Shown here: positions 48,126 through 61,525 of the stretch, piece after piece
How the letters are laid out: each line of letters opens with the position of its first letter
How positions within the stretch are numbered: the first letter of the stretch is position 1
Origin: Octopus sinensis
Taxonomy: Eukaryota
NCBI RefSeq assembly: GCF_006345805.1
Contig: NC_043006.1
Coordinates: 71,796,001-71,860,000, forward strand
DNA: 64,000 nucleotides
Direction of reading: 5' to 3'
The notes under the pieces: model-generated
The model's input: only the letters and a program-made list of their open reading frames with translations
Told to the model about the DNA's origin: nothing
Databases searched by the model: none
Program-made: the position numbers and the translations under genes

Positions 48126-49244
48126 TGGCACCCTAATAATAAGAACAAACAATAATTAATAATTATATTAATTGGTTGCTTTAGAGTACTAAAGACTTTT
48201 GTTTAGTCTAAAACAGTGTACTTTTGTGAGGTTCACTCGCATTTTTTCTCAAAAGGGTATTAGATGCATGTGAAATGGTTATTAACCAGGAACAGGAAAA
48301 ATATACATCACAGATTTTTTTTTTTAATTAAATGTGACATTAGTTATTTTTCTCTCTCCTTCTCACTCACTCACTTTCTCTCTCTCCATTAGAAAAAAAA
48401 AATGAAAGGAAAATAATGATAATTATAAAAATGCCCACCAGGGGTGAGTTAAATGCAGAAATAGGAGGAAGTTAACAAGATAACAAAGAATTTATTCTAA
48501 TTCTCTTTTACTGTCCATGTCATCAACTCCACCAACCTAACAAGAACATTAATAACTATTTCTTCTCACTAGGCATAAAGCCAAATTTTTCTGGGAAAGA
48601 GAGTTGAAATCGACTGAAGACCAAATCAACTTAAAATAATAATGGCCTACACACACGCGCACCCACACACATTTTTCCTCTCTTCTTTATCGACCATGGA
48701 TGGATAAAAGGGGAAAGTCAACCCTCGAGGGTGTTTAAATGTAATAGCAAATAGCGCTGGCCTGCTTGGCTCCCTCATGTCTACTTTAACTAACTCCTCT
48801 ATTACTCTAATAATCTATATTGATATAGCACACTTTCATTACACTCACTGTGTGCGTGCGTGTGCATGTTTCTTTCTCTGATTAGGTAGAACTCTGTGTG
48901 TGCGTGTGTGTGTGTGTGCACATGAGAGAAAAACAGTTATGATCAGACTCAAGTGTTCTTAAACAGAGAGGTCACAGTATGTTTGATGTGTCTAAATCAG
49001 TGCGTGTGTGTGCATGTGTGTGTGTCTGAAACAAGGAACAGATACAGAGAGAAAAAAAGTGGGAAGGGGAAAGTAAGGAAAGCTAACATAAAAAGAATCC
49101 CAGAATTTATGGTCTTGTGCCAATATAAGAAATCACCATCATAATCATCATCACCATCATCACTACACGAATGGATTTAATTGACTCACTCATCTCCCCA
49201 AATTCTTGGCTATCTGCCCACATTGGAAACAATTATCATTATTA

Positions 49245-50250
49245 TTATTATTACGTTCTGACTTCAAATTCCACTGAGGTCAACTTTGCCTTTCATCCTT
49301 TTGGAATTGACGAAATAAGTACCAGTTGAGCACAGGGGTTGATGTAATTGACTAGCCCCACTCTCCCAAAATTTCAGGCTTTGTACCCTTACTGTAGAAA
49401 GAAAGGATTATTAATATTATTACTACTACTACTAATAATAATAATAAAATTGGGGGAGGTAAAAATGCCTTAGGTAACAACAGTTATGCTCAGAGATCAA
49501 CCTTACCTTTCATCCTCCAAAGGTTGATAAAATATAGCACCAGTTGTCATTTATCCCCATTCCCAGACCAATCTCGCCGAGAGACCTTTGGATAAAGATA
49601 TTCTAGCTATTATCATCACCTTTTTAGGACTACACTGTTTAATGTTTCCTTTAACTTAACACAGTAGGGATGTAATTAGAGGGTGTTAGGCTGCCACTTT
49701 TAGGAGCACAAATGAATGCATTGAAGCTTATTAAAGAACCAGTCATATAATCCTCAGAAGTCTTTTGTCGGCAGCAGCAACTTTATCTTGTATCCAAGAA
49801 GTTATTATTGCAGAATTGTTAGCATACTAGATGAAATGCTCAGCGGTATTTCACCCGTTGCTACATTCTGGGTTCAAATTCCGTCAAGGTTGACTTTACC
49901 TTTTATCCTTTCAGGGGTCGATAAATTAAGTACCAGTGAAACATTGGGGTCGATGTATTCAACTAGTCCTCTCCCCACAAATTTCAGGCCTTGTGCTTAT
50001 AGTAGAAAGGATTATTATTATTATTAAGGCAGCAAGCTGGCAGAAATGTCAGCACATCAGGGAAAATGTTTAGCGGCATTTTTTTCTATTTTATGTTGTG
50101 AGTTCAAATTCCACTAAGATTGACTTTGCCTTTTATCCTTTCAGGGTCAATAAAAAAAGAAACAGTTGAGCACTGATGTCAATACAATCAACAAAACTCC
50201 TCCCTGCTATTTTGGGGTCTTGTGCCTAAAGTAGAAAGGATTATTATAAA
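49245..50250 (+). repeat. Array of about 4 family C SINE copies, opposite orientation to 46530-48125
   Basis: ttctgagttcaaatt...ctttgcctttcatcctt...taccagttgagcac repeated. Confidence 0.8.
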
Positions 50251-51529
50251 TATCACCATTTCTGCCATGTTGATGAAATTCTGGCATTTGTTTCCCTAAT
50301 GTAGCACATTCCTGACAATGAAATCGTTTCATTTCAGCTCTGGTCTCTTGCTTGGTACAATAATAACATTGTTTTGTTTTTGTTTTTTCATTTGCAGAAA
50401 TTTTAGACATTATGGAAGAAGAAGCTACTTCAACCAACTAAGGACTAAAATAGGAGATAAGTTGGACCACAGAAGGAGACAGGTCAAAATAGGAGACTCA
50501 ATACATTAGCCTGAATCTGCCAGATGCAACAACCAAATTTCCTCAGCCACACTCTACAAAAGGAGACTTTATTATTTGATACATCATATAATGTAGACCC
50601 AGACTCTTCCAGGGGCACAAAAAATGCTCACAGCTACAACACTTGGATCATAGACCTGACAGAACAGAGCTGATGATGGGGCAATATAACAGCAGCTATA
50701 CCTTGCTACACACTATGTATGTGTGTGTGAGAGAGAGAGAGAAAGAGAGAATGTATGCAGATGTATATACACATACACCCTCACAGTTATACACAAATAT
50801 ACATACATATATCATCATTGTTTAACATCTGTTTTCTATGCTAGCATGTGTTGGATGGTTTGAGAGGAGCTGGCAAGCCAGAGGACTGCATCAAGTTCTA
50901 CTGTCAGCTTCGGCATATTTTCTACAGCTGGGTACCCTTCAAAGTGCCAAAATTTTACAGAGTGTATTGGGTGTTTTTACATGGCACCTGTGTTGGTGAG
51001 CTCACCAAGTAACTTCCATGACAAAAAACCCCACAACTGAGGGGATGTACCAGGCATTTTACCAGGCATCTTGTTATAGAGGAAATATATAGTTACTCCA
51101 GTTGAGGAGAGAGAGAGAGAAAGAAAGAAAGAAAAAAGAAAGAAAGAGGAGAGTGTGTTGATGTGCCAGGGCATAGCCTCAAGAAACAAAGTGAATGTAA
51201 GTGAAATGGTACAGAGAATTGCACAGGGAGTTCAAGGGAGTACAATGTGGAAGAGAGGAGGTAAAGGGAGGGGGCACATTGAGTAGTGAACACAGCTATA
51301 TATGGGGAATGGAAGCATAGCTATGATAGAGCTGTCTGGGAAAGAACAGTTGAGATGACAAAGCAGCAGTGGGCTGCAGGAGGATGGAAGAGAGACAAGC
51401 AATAGTGAATGAAGAGGTTGTAGTTTGGTTCACTGCAGTAGAGGGTGTGTGAATTAAGGTTACTTAATGTTACATGTGAGTAGACGGTGCATAATGCACA
51501 ACGCTTCCAGATCTCAGTTTCACTGAAGT

Positions 51530-51670
51530 GGATGGGTCTTCTCAAGAACTTAAAATCACCAGACATCTTGGGCCACTGTCATCTCCTCCATGAGTCGCAC
51601 TTGAGAGTGGTTCCTCATTACTTCATCCCTTGTCTTCTTGGGTTTCCTCTCTTGTGGAGGGTCTGTCAAC
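51530..51670 (-). mobile_element. RTE ORF2 extreme C-terminus relic
   Basis: Minus frame [12 protein letters not shown]...EEMTVAQDVW*F*VLEKTHP. Confidence 0.72.
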
Positions 51671-51699
51671 TTTAAGTGGTTAGCACTTCTTTATACAGC

Positions 51700-51787
51700 T
51701 GTCTACATACATACGTGTATACACACAGACACACATATACATACATTTATACATATATGTATTCATATGCATACACACACACATATA

Positions 51788-51831
<44 letters not shown>

Positions 51832-51895
51832 CACACATATATATATACACACACACATATATATATACACACACCACATATATATATACACACAC

Positions 51896-51981
<86 letters not shown>

Positions 51982-52015
51982 ATATGCATACATATATATA
52001 CATTCACACAAACAC
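51700..52015. repeat. Long compound (TA)n/(CA)n microsatellite
   Basis: Directly visible; source of several spurious ORFs. Confidence 0.95.
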
Positions 52016-52516
52016 AAGTAAACGCAGTAGCCAAATGGTTAGGAACTCACTTTACAATCAAGCAGTACTGGTTTTAATTCCACTGCAGGTAGTTTGAGTA
52101 AATCTAATTTTCTCTAGCTTTGGGTTGACCCACACATATACATATAATTTTATTCTAATTACTGTAAAACTCTTTGTATAATATACACACTTTTCACCCA
52201 ACCCCAAAATTCAGGTTAAAAATGTGTTCCCCATCCACTTTTATAAGAAAACAATAATGCTTTGTTTTTTAGATTATATTTTTAATATATTATTGATATG
52301 TTTTTATTATATAATGGTAGACAAAGCGGCAAACTAGCAGAATCATTAGCACACTGAACAGTATGCTTATCAACATTTCGTCTGTCTTTACCTTCTGAGT
52401 TGACTTAGCCTTTCATCCTATCAAGATCGATAAAATAAGAACCAGTTGAGTATTGGGGTTGATTTAAACCCTCATCCGAAATTGCTGGCCTTGTGCCAAA
52501 AAGCAAAACTAATATA

Positions 52517-53366
52517 CAGTAGAACCTCGCAGTACAAATGCCCATTGTACGAGTTTTTTGCTGAGACTCATGTAAATTTTCATCTTGAAGTACAAGTGGA
52601 AATTCACAGTACAAGCATGCAAATCATTCCATTTTTAAGATAATTCAGTTAATAAAACTAATTAACATATTTCTTTTGCATTCTCTTTTTTAAAATTGTC
52701 ATTTTACTTGTAACTACACCTTTTCTGTTTTAAAACTCTTAAAAAATTATTTTATAATCGAAATCGAATTGAACCAGCCAGGATCCCTGGTCTGGTGGTA
52801 CGTAAAAAGCACCATCCGACTCGTGGCCAATGCCAGCACCGCCTCGTCTGGCTTCCGTGCCGGTGGCACATAAAATACACCAATCCGACCGTGGCCGTTG
52901 CCAGCCTCGCCTGGCACCTGTGCAGGTGGCACGTAAAAAGCACCCACTACACTCACGGAGTGGTTGGCGTTAGGAAGGGCATCCAGCTGTAGAAACACTG
53001 CCAGATAAGACTGGAGCCTGGTGCAGCCTTCTGGCTTCCCAGATCCCCGGTCGAACCGTCCAACCCATGCTAGCATGGAGAACGGACGTTAAACGATGAT
53101 GATGATGATGATGATGATGATGAATAATAATAATTGTGTACAGTGCTCAGGTGCACTACAACTCATCTAAAGTGTATATATAATCAGGTGTAGTTTCGGT
53201 GGAATTCGGAAAGCATGAGGGCCTTAAAGGATGTGGTTTTTGGGGCTGGAACAGATTAATTATATTTTAGTTAATTTCAATGGGAAAAATAGATTTGTAA
53301 AACGAGTAAATCATAAAACGAGCTCGGTCATGGAACGAATTAAACTCGTACTGCAAGGTATCACTG
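52517..53366. mobile_element. pogo/Tigger-like non-autonomous DNA transposon with nested retroelements
   Basis: TA flanks (52515-16, 53367-68); TIR CAGTAGAACCTCGCAGTAC vs reverse-complement CAGTGATACCTTGCAGTAC (15/19). Confidence 0.75.
52745..53120 (+). mobile_element. Young RTE 3'UTR copy nested in the Tigger-like element
   Basis: CpG-rich, tandem units, ggacgttaaac(GAT)n tail. Confidence 0.85.
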
Positions 53367-53580
53367 TATAATGGGAGGAAACATCAGTATGCTTGGCGAA
53401 ATGTTCAGCAGCATTTCGTCTGTCTACGTACTGAGTTCAAATTCTGTCGGGTTCATCTTTGTCTTTCATCCTTTCAGAGTCAATAAAATAATTACCAGTT
53501 GAGTACTGAGGTCGATGTAATCGACTTACCCCCTTTGCCCCAAATTGCTGGCCTTGTACCAAAAATTTAAGACCAATATA

Positions 53581-53913
53581 CAGGGTGTCCGAAAGTCTTG
53601 TTACCACCAGTAAAATTTTGCTTTAATTTTTTGTTATCAAGGAGATTGTTTCACAAGAGTGATATCAGAATACGCAACAGCTGAAGGAAGCTGTTTTGGC
53701 AGCTTTTGCAACAATCACCAAAGCACAGCTTCGTAGAATATCACACAGGACATGGCACCACATCATTTTGTGTCATGAAAATGGTGTTCTCGATGTGACA
53801 GTGTCAATGAAAGTGAATATACTAAAACCAGTAAATGTGTTTGATATTATATTGTTCCTCTATTATTCTTATTACTTTTCGGTAGCAGGTGACAAGACTT
53901 TCGGACCACCCTT
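53581..53913 (+). mobile_element. Internally deleted Tc1/mariner element, 333 bp
   Basis: TA|CAGGGTGTCCGAAAGTCTTGT ... ACAAGACTTTCGGACCACCCTT|TA; interior encodes QQLKEAVLAAFATITKAQLRRISHRTWHHIILCHENG, typical of a transposase C-terminal helix region. Confidence 0.85.
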
Positions 53914-54049
53914 TACAATGAAATATCAAAAATACACAGATTGTAATATATTTTCTACTTCCGTAGTAGTTGTGCAACGCTAACCAACACTACAGGTTTT
54001 TAAGACAACTTTGAGATGTGCATTACGCATGGTTTATAGTATTATATGG

Positions 54050-54231
54050 CAGTGCTCCGTCGCCCTTTTTCACTTGTATACTTATATTCTTTTGAAAAGT
54101 CGGCCGCACACCTGAACTTAAAATATAACTAAAAGCATAGGGGGAAAATTATATTCAGGTTACACTGCGGCACACATAGCATCGTCTCGTGACACATCAA
54201 TGTATCGAGGCATATCGGTTGCGGAGCACTG
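54050..54231. mobile_element. hAT(Charlie)-like MITE, 182 bp
   Basis: Perfect 10-bp TIR CAGTGCTCCG / CGGAGCACTG; tatagtattatat is repeated on both sides; clean 8-bp TSD not resolved. Confidence 0.55.
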
Positions 54232-54494
54232 AGATATAGTATTATATAGTTTATAGGTACACGTCCGTCCCTGATAAGATTGCGTCCTGCAAGGGGAGAT
54301 GACTCCGATCATATTGGAGTTATCTCTCCTGGTTATGTAAATACAAAACGTAACCTGTCAGACGACGGGTAACAACTGAGAATACGTTAACATCTATAAT
54401 TAATTGATAATTAAAAAGTATTATTGCTATTAATGATTACAATTATTGCAAATACAAAAACGAGTAAATTATTTTTTATCTTATTTTAATCTTC

Positions 54495-54858
54495 TATCTT
54501 TTACTTGTTTCGGTCACTGGACTGCGGTCGTGGTGGAGCACCACTTCGAAGGGTTTCAATCAAACAAATCGACCCCACTTCTGAGATTTTAAATCTAGAA
54601 CTTATTTTATAACTCCCTTTTGCTAAATCGTTAAGTTACGGGAACGTAAACAAACCAACTCCGGTTGTCAAGCAGTTGGGTGAAGGTAAACACACATTGA
54701 TGTTTCTACATACACGATGGGCTTCATTAAGTTTCCATCAACCAAATCCACTCAGGGGCTATTGTGGAAGACACGTATCCAAGGTACCACCCAGAGGGAC
54801 TGAACCCGGAGCCATGGGGTCGGGAAGCAAACTTCTTACCACAGCCATGCCTGCACCT
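54495..54858 (-). mobile_element. SINE family A, reverse
   Basis: ttacttgtttcggtcactggactgcgg tail through cttaccacagccatgcctgcacct head. Confidence 0.82.
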
Positions 54859-55389
54859 AATAACGAATAACAGAATGGCTGGCGTTAGGAAGGGCATCCA
54901 GCTGTAGAAACCATGCCAAATCAGACTGGAGTCTGGTGCAGCCCCTCAGTTCACCAACCCTAGTCAAATCGTCCAACCCTTGCCATCATGGACAACTGAT
55001 GATGATGATGATGATCATGAAAATTAGTATTTATGCTTTTATCTTATACAAGCACCATGAAATTTGAATAAAGTAAAATTCCAAATTATTGCACCTATGT
55101 ACATGTGTCTCCTATCGTATGAAGGGTAACACATTAGACATGCAAACCAAGAAGAAAGCCTCTGTGTGGTAACTCAACTTGCTTGATATAACAGTTAAAA
55201 TCTCTCACAAATTTCACTCAATCAGATTAAAAATGAAGGGTATTGTAGCAATTAATTATCCCTGTGAAGGTGAACTTGGTGAACTTACTGTATTATCAAT
55301 ACATTAGATAATGTATCTAAGATACACGATATCTGAATAAATGATAGGATGGTGACAGCTGAAGCAAACATCAGTGGTCAGTGTGTGTT

Positions 55390-55444
<55 letters not shown>

Positions 55445-57090
55445 GAAAGAAAAAAAGAAAATAACCAATACAAGAGATACAGTTTAATAGCTGCCTCTTT
55501 CTTGCTCTCAAGTTTGGAGATCAGCTATGTCCTTTCGGGAGTTGATAAAGTATCAGTCCAGGACAGTAGACTAACAGGATTGTCAGAGCATGGATGAGAT
55601 GCCCTGCAACAGCTATTTCTGGTTTTGTACATCATGAGTTCAACTCCAGCTGTGTTCCTGAAAACTGGTGACACTTCTGTGAAGAACAGTAACTGACAGA
55701 TAGTATCAACCAAGGAAACACAGCTTCCTTTATTTAATGGGAACATTGACTATCACCGTTACATGTCTTGTTCTTCAATGAAAGTCATTCACTGTTTACA
55801 TGCTTGAATAGCCTAAGCCTGGCATTGTTACAAGCGTCTATACAAAACTTTAAAATCTGAAAGAGAAAATGCATTAAAGGGATAGATGATAAATAATGAT
55901 AAAAGTTTGAATAAAATCCACTGGTGCTAGTCAAAAATAAGAAGCTACTCCATTCATTGTAAATCATACAAACAGGCTTTGTCTAACAGAAAGGCATATC
56001 TTCACCCATGTGAAGGGTTACCTAGTCTGTTTTAATATCCTGTGTGTAACCAAAATATATCTGCATGCTTGGCCAAGTTCCTTTCGAGTGTTTTGGCCTC
56101 ATGGCGGGAATGACCAACACCTTTGGCATTATGTCATGCTTGAGAAGAAGACCATCAAGCCGAGCAAAATCGCAGTCATGGCAGATACTGGTATCATGCC
56201 AGTGCCACGTAAACATACCCATTACACTCATAGAGTGGTTGGCATTAGGAAGGGCATCCAGCCATTAGAAAACCATGCCAAATTAGATGGAAGCCTGGCA
56301 CAGCCTTCCAGCGTGCCAGCCCAATCAAACCATCCAACCCATGCCAGCATGGACAACAGACGTTAAATGATGATGATGATGATGATTCATAAACAATAGT
56401 CCAATGGATACACATTCAAACAGATATATAGTATACATACAAGTATTCTATAAAATTTTCAGCAGTATTTCAGTGACTAAGTACCTGACAACCTAGTATT
56501 TTCTATCATGGCTTGTAAGCTAAATGAAATAAAAACAACCAAAACTTGACTACTTGAAACCAATTCATGCCATGCCTGCAGTAGCAGCTAAACCTGCTGA
56601 TAACAATGACACCTGCTGTTGACTCAGCCCCCTCTCAAGTCACATCAACCTTCTGTAAATGGGAGACAAGGACCAGTGTGGTATCATAGCATTACTAATA
56701 CAGAATGACAAATTACCATCTATACTTGCATTTCCATCACAACAAGCTCATCTATCATCTAATACATGGAAATGAAATTAACAATGTGTGGTATTAACTT
56801 TATGATGTCGATTTTATAAAATATATATTTATATGATGATTATAGTGTTTAATGTAATTTTGTTTGTGTGTGGTGTTTATATTTCTAATATTGTCTGAAC
56901 ATAAAATATCAACCTCCACCAATACTTAACCAATGACAATCAGATACCCATCCTGCTGTTTAACGAGGCTCACTGTACATGATACATAAATACACATACA
57001 TACATGTGTGTGTGTTAATACATATATATTCATATATATACAGATACATATAAATATATACACACACACATATGTATGTATGTATGTATG

Positions 57091-57159
<69 letters not shown>

Positions 57160-58071
57160 CGGTTCTATTCAATGTATTTAATGTTACTTTTTTAACACAA
57201 ACAGGAATTACGTGGAGGAGCTACTTGAGGAAGGAGTTTACAGCTTGGTGCTTTTTTTTTTTTTAATGAAGGGATTTTTTTCATTCCAGAGGGATTTAAA
57301 ATTGTACCCCAGCTACAAATGGTGATATCATCATCTGTATCTGGAGATCAATGTAAATTGTCAATGTTCACAAAGACAAAGGCAACAAGTTGGCAAAATC
57401 ATTAGCATACCAGGCAAAATGCTTAGCGACATTAGGTCTGTCTTCATGTTCTGAGTTCAAATTCTGCTGAAGTCAACTTTGATTTTCATCCTTTCTTGGT
57501 TAACAAAAAAATCAGGTACCAGCTGAGCACTGGGGTCAATGTAATTGAATTATTCCCTCCACCAAAATTGTTAGCCTTGTGGCAAAATTTGTAACCAATA
57601 TTCACAAAGACAGACAGGCACACGCACACACAAACAATCTATTCTAGGCACAAGGCCCGAAATTTTTGGAGAGGAGGCTAGTCGATTAGATTGACCCCAG
57701 TATGCAATTGGTACTTAATTTATTGACCTCGAAAGGATGAAAGGCAAAGCTGACCTCGACAGAATTTGAACTCAGAACTAAAGATAGATGAAATACCGCT
57801 AAGCATTTCATCTGGTGTGCTACGGTTTCTTCCAACTAAATATATTACTGCTCTAATGTTTTAGGGTGAGCTTCTTTTTCAGATATATGAATTACTGATG
57901 ATATATATATATATATATTTCAAGGGTTGAATAGAAAGAACACAACAAAAGGAAATATTTGACAAAATCCTATATATACTAGTTGATTGGTGACACAGTA
58001 AGGAAAGAAATCCAATCACCTATGCAAGTGAAGCAAAAAGTAGTGATGAAAGGTAGGAGGCATAACATATA

Positions 58072-58120
<49 letters not shown>

Positions 58121-59714
58121 TATGTACAAATATATATGACATGTTTTTGACCCCCAGACAGAAGATAAACTATTTTTACTTCAAATTTTTATAAATTTTT
58201 ACTGATATTCAATAAGATGAGATTCATCATCGAAACTGGTAATATTTTCTTTATAAGCTGTGTGGCTTCAGTTTCAGTCCCACTGTGCACCATCGTGAAC
58301 AAGTTCATTTCACCATAGCCTTAGACTGACCAACGCATTGTGAGTGGAATTAGTGAAAGGAAACTGAGTAGCCCATCATGTGTGTGTATTTGAAGGTAGA
58401 TATTCCATGGCTTCGCTTGCAACCATGTGAGTGAAATGGTTATATGATATTTACAGTTCTTGACATTATGATTAGTCACGCAGTTCTCCTAAACACCAGC
58501 AGAAAAATTCCACATTTTTAATGAAAAATAGGCAACAGCTGGTGAGAGAAGAAAAGCATTTAGCTATTAATTGTTGCCTCAGATAAGTCCCCATTCAACC
58601 CATACTAACACACAGAAACAAACATTAAACAACTGAATATCATAAATGTGTGGACTTATATGTGTGTATGTACATATATGTAAAAACAAAACTGGAGAGA
58701 TTGTGTATAAAATAACTAGTTACACCATCTTGCATGGATTTCACTAACAAAAAATGATTAGTTATCTAATGTAAATAACACAATGAATTTGCATTGGATT
58801 AGTGACAGTGTTGCCATCACTGGATTAAGCAAATAAAGTTGTTTGCTTACCCAGTGAAGACAACACTGTTCAGCAACATAATGAACGAGAATTACTCGAT
58901 TCTGAAGATTTGACAACATTTGCATATCAAATATACAATTTATGTTATATAACTAATAATCATTCTTTGTTAATGAAACATGTGCAAGATGATGTAACTA
59001 AATATATTACAAACAAACTCTCCTGTTTTGTTTTCCATACTCTGTGACATACCTGACTATGGATATCAGTCAAATGATACGTGAACTATAAGTCCTACTT
59101 AGTTTCACTTCAAACATATGAGAATATACATGGCATTCTAAATGACCTATTTCATGCATGCTAGCATGGAAAATAGCTGTAGAAATGATGATAATGATTG
59201 TATGTGTGTGTATATTTACACACACACACATATATATATATATATGAGTAGTGTATGTTTGTGTGTGTATATGTATATCATTATCATCATCAACGTTTAA
59301 CGTATGTTTTCCATGCTGGCATGGGTTGGATGGTTTGACTGAAAACTAGTAAGCCAGGGAAGTGTGTGTGTGTGTGGGAGGTGCAACAGATTCTGATCTG
59401 ATTTGGCAAGGTTTCTATGGCTGGATGCCTTTCTTAACACCAACCACTTCAAGGGAGTAGAGGGTGCTTTTTATGTGCCACTGGCACAGGTGCCATTGAC
59501 CCGCCACCAGCATCAGCCACGACAACGGCCTCACTTGGTTTGACAGGTCAAAACAAGCATGGTATATCACGGAGGGTTTTTGGCACCTGTCATTGCCTCC
59601 CCGAAGCACAACACTCAAGTGGTGCTTTTTATGGGCCACTGACATGGGTAACAGTCACACAGCACTGGCATCAGCCATGACTACGATTTCACTTGGTTTA
59701 TATATATATATAGC

Positions 59715-60100
59715 CTTTTACTTGTTTCAGTCATTTGACTGTGGCCATGCTGGAGCACCGCCTTTAGTCGAACAAATCGATCCCAGGACTTATTCTTTGT
59801 AAGCCTAGCACTTATTCTATATGGGTTCTTTTGCCAAACCGTTAAGTTACAGAGATGTAAACACACCAGCATTGGTTGTCAAGCGATGTTGGGGGGACAA
59901 ACACAGACACACAAACATACATATATATGCATATATACGACGGGCTTCTTTCAGTTTCTGTCTACCAAATCCCCTCACAAGGCTTTGGTCAGCCTGAGGC
60001 TATAGTAGCAGGCATTTGCTCGAGGTGCCACACAGTGGGACTGAACCAGGAACCATGTGGTTGGTAAGCAAGCTACTTACCACACAACTGCTCCTAAGCC
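59715..60100 (-). mobile_element. SINE family A, full length, reverse
   Basis: Tail, hinge, core and head all present. Confidence 0.87.
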
Positions 60101-60468
60101 TATACACACACACACACATTAGTTTATGCAAGATGAATGAGCAAGAGTGTTCAATACATACAAGAGTTGTAGAGGATATGCTTACATTTTTTTTCACTAA
60201 AACTAATAACTGAAAGTGAGCCTCAGAACTGCCTGGAGATTGCAGAATATGAAACTCAAGATGAAAGACAGAAATCTCTATTTCATTTTCAACAAAAAAA
60301 AAAAAAAAAAAAAATCTGCACACAGACATACCCAAACATGTAGAAACATGAATATATATGCGTATACATGCACTCATAAATACTTATGCATACATATATT
60401 ACATATACACACTCATACAGATACATATATCTACACATACACACATATGCACATAAATACACATGTAT

Positions 60469-60499
<31 letters not shown>

Positions 60500-60707
60500 G
60501 TGTCCATCTTCCACACTGGTATGTCTGCTTTAGCACAGTTTTATTACAGGATGCCCTTCCTAAAATATCAACCACTTTACAAAAAATACTGCATGCTTTT
60601 TTTGTAACACAAGGCACTTGTGAGGTTGCCAATTAATTCAAAGGGAAAAAATGGAAAAAAGACTGAGTTGTATAGAGGATATATGTGTCTGTATGCTACA
60701 TATATAT

Positions 60708-60739
60708 CTACCCACCTATCTATCTATCTACCTATCTAT

Positions 60740-60771
<32 letters not shown>

Positions 60772-60775
60772 TTAT
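60708..60775. repeat. (TATC)n tetranucleotide repeat
   Basis: Directly visible. Confidence 0.95.
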
Positions 60776-61335
60776 GTATGTATGTACGTGTGTGCATGTG
60801 CCTACAGATATCTCCACACACACACACAAACACACACTTATATATACAGATATACACATAAACAGACAGTCATGGCCATGTGGTAAGAAGTTTGCCTCTC
60901 AATGACATGCTTTCAGGTTCATTCCCACTGAATGGCACCTTGAGAAAGTGACTTTCTTAAGGTGGCACAGGAAAGTGACTTTCCAAGGATATAGTCCTGG
61001 GTCCATCAAAGCCTTATCAGTAGATCTGATAAACAGAAACTGAAAGAAGCTCATCAGATTTATAGGAGTGTGTATGTATGTGTGTCTCTCTCTCTCCTTC
61101 CTTTGACCAAACATGTTAGCTGTGAATGAATTCTAGCCTTATTCAAGAGGTGTCCTCCATTTTCAGTCATCTGTGAAAACATGTCTGGTTTTGGAGGAAC
61201 ATTACTTTACTTAGAAACAGCCATAGAAAATCTTCTTCGTCAAATTATGACACATGAGAGCATGGAAAGGTGAATGTTAAAACAATGATATTGAATATAT
61301 ATATATATATATATACATACACACACACACGTGTG

Positions 61336-61525
61336 GAGGCACAATGGCCCAGTGGTTAGGGCAGTGGACTCGCGGTCGTAGGATCACGGTTTTGATTCCC
61401 AGACTAGGTGTTGCGAGTGTTTATTGAGCGAAAATATCTAAAGCACCATGAGGCTCCAGCAGTAGGTGCTGGTGATCCCTGCTGTACTCTCTCACCACAA
61501 ATTTCTCTCACTCTTTCTTCTGTCG
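61336..61525 (+). mobile_element. tRNA-derived SINE family D, 5' part
   Basis: ggaggcacaaTGGCCCAGTGGTTAGGgcagtggactcgcggtc...ttttgattccc tRNA-like head followed by a non-tRNA body. Confidence 0.72.

Noticed and set aside
51638-52034. YI/HT/CV-repeat ORFs (also 20772-21072, 56926-57172, 62918-63377)
   Set aside because: Translations of (TA)n/(CA)n microsatellites.
58214-58247. Third hammerhead-like string AAGATGA-GAT(TCATC)ATC-GAAA-CTGG-TA
   Set aside because: The core begins AAG rather than CUG and stem I cannot be assigned; at best a decayed relic.
60186-60240. Minus-strand donor AAAT|GTAAGC (and ACA|GTAAGT at 55288) as ZNF-B leader exons
   Set aside because: Isolated donor matches are common in AT-rich DNA; I could not link them to a promoter or to the 41624 acceptor without transcript data.
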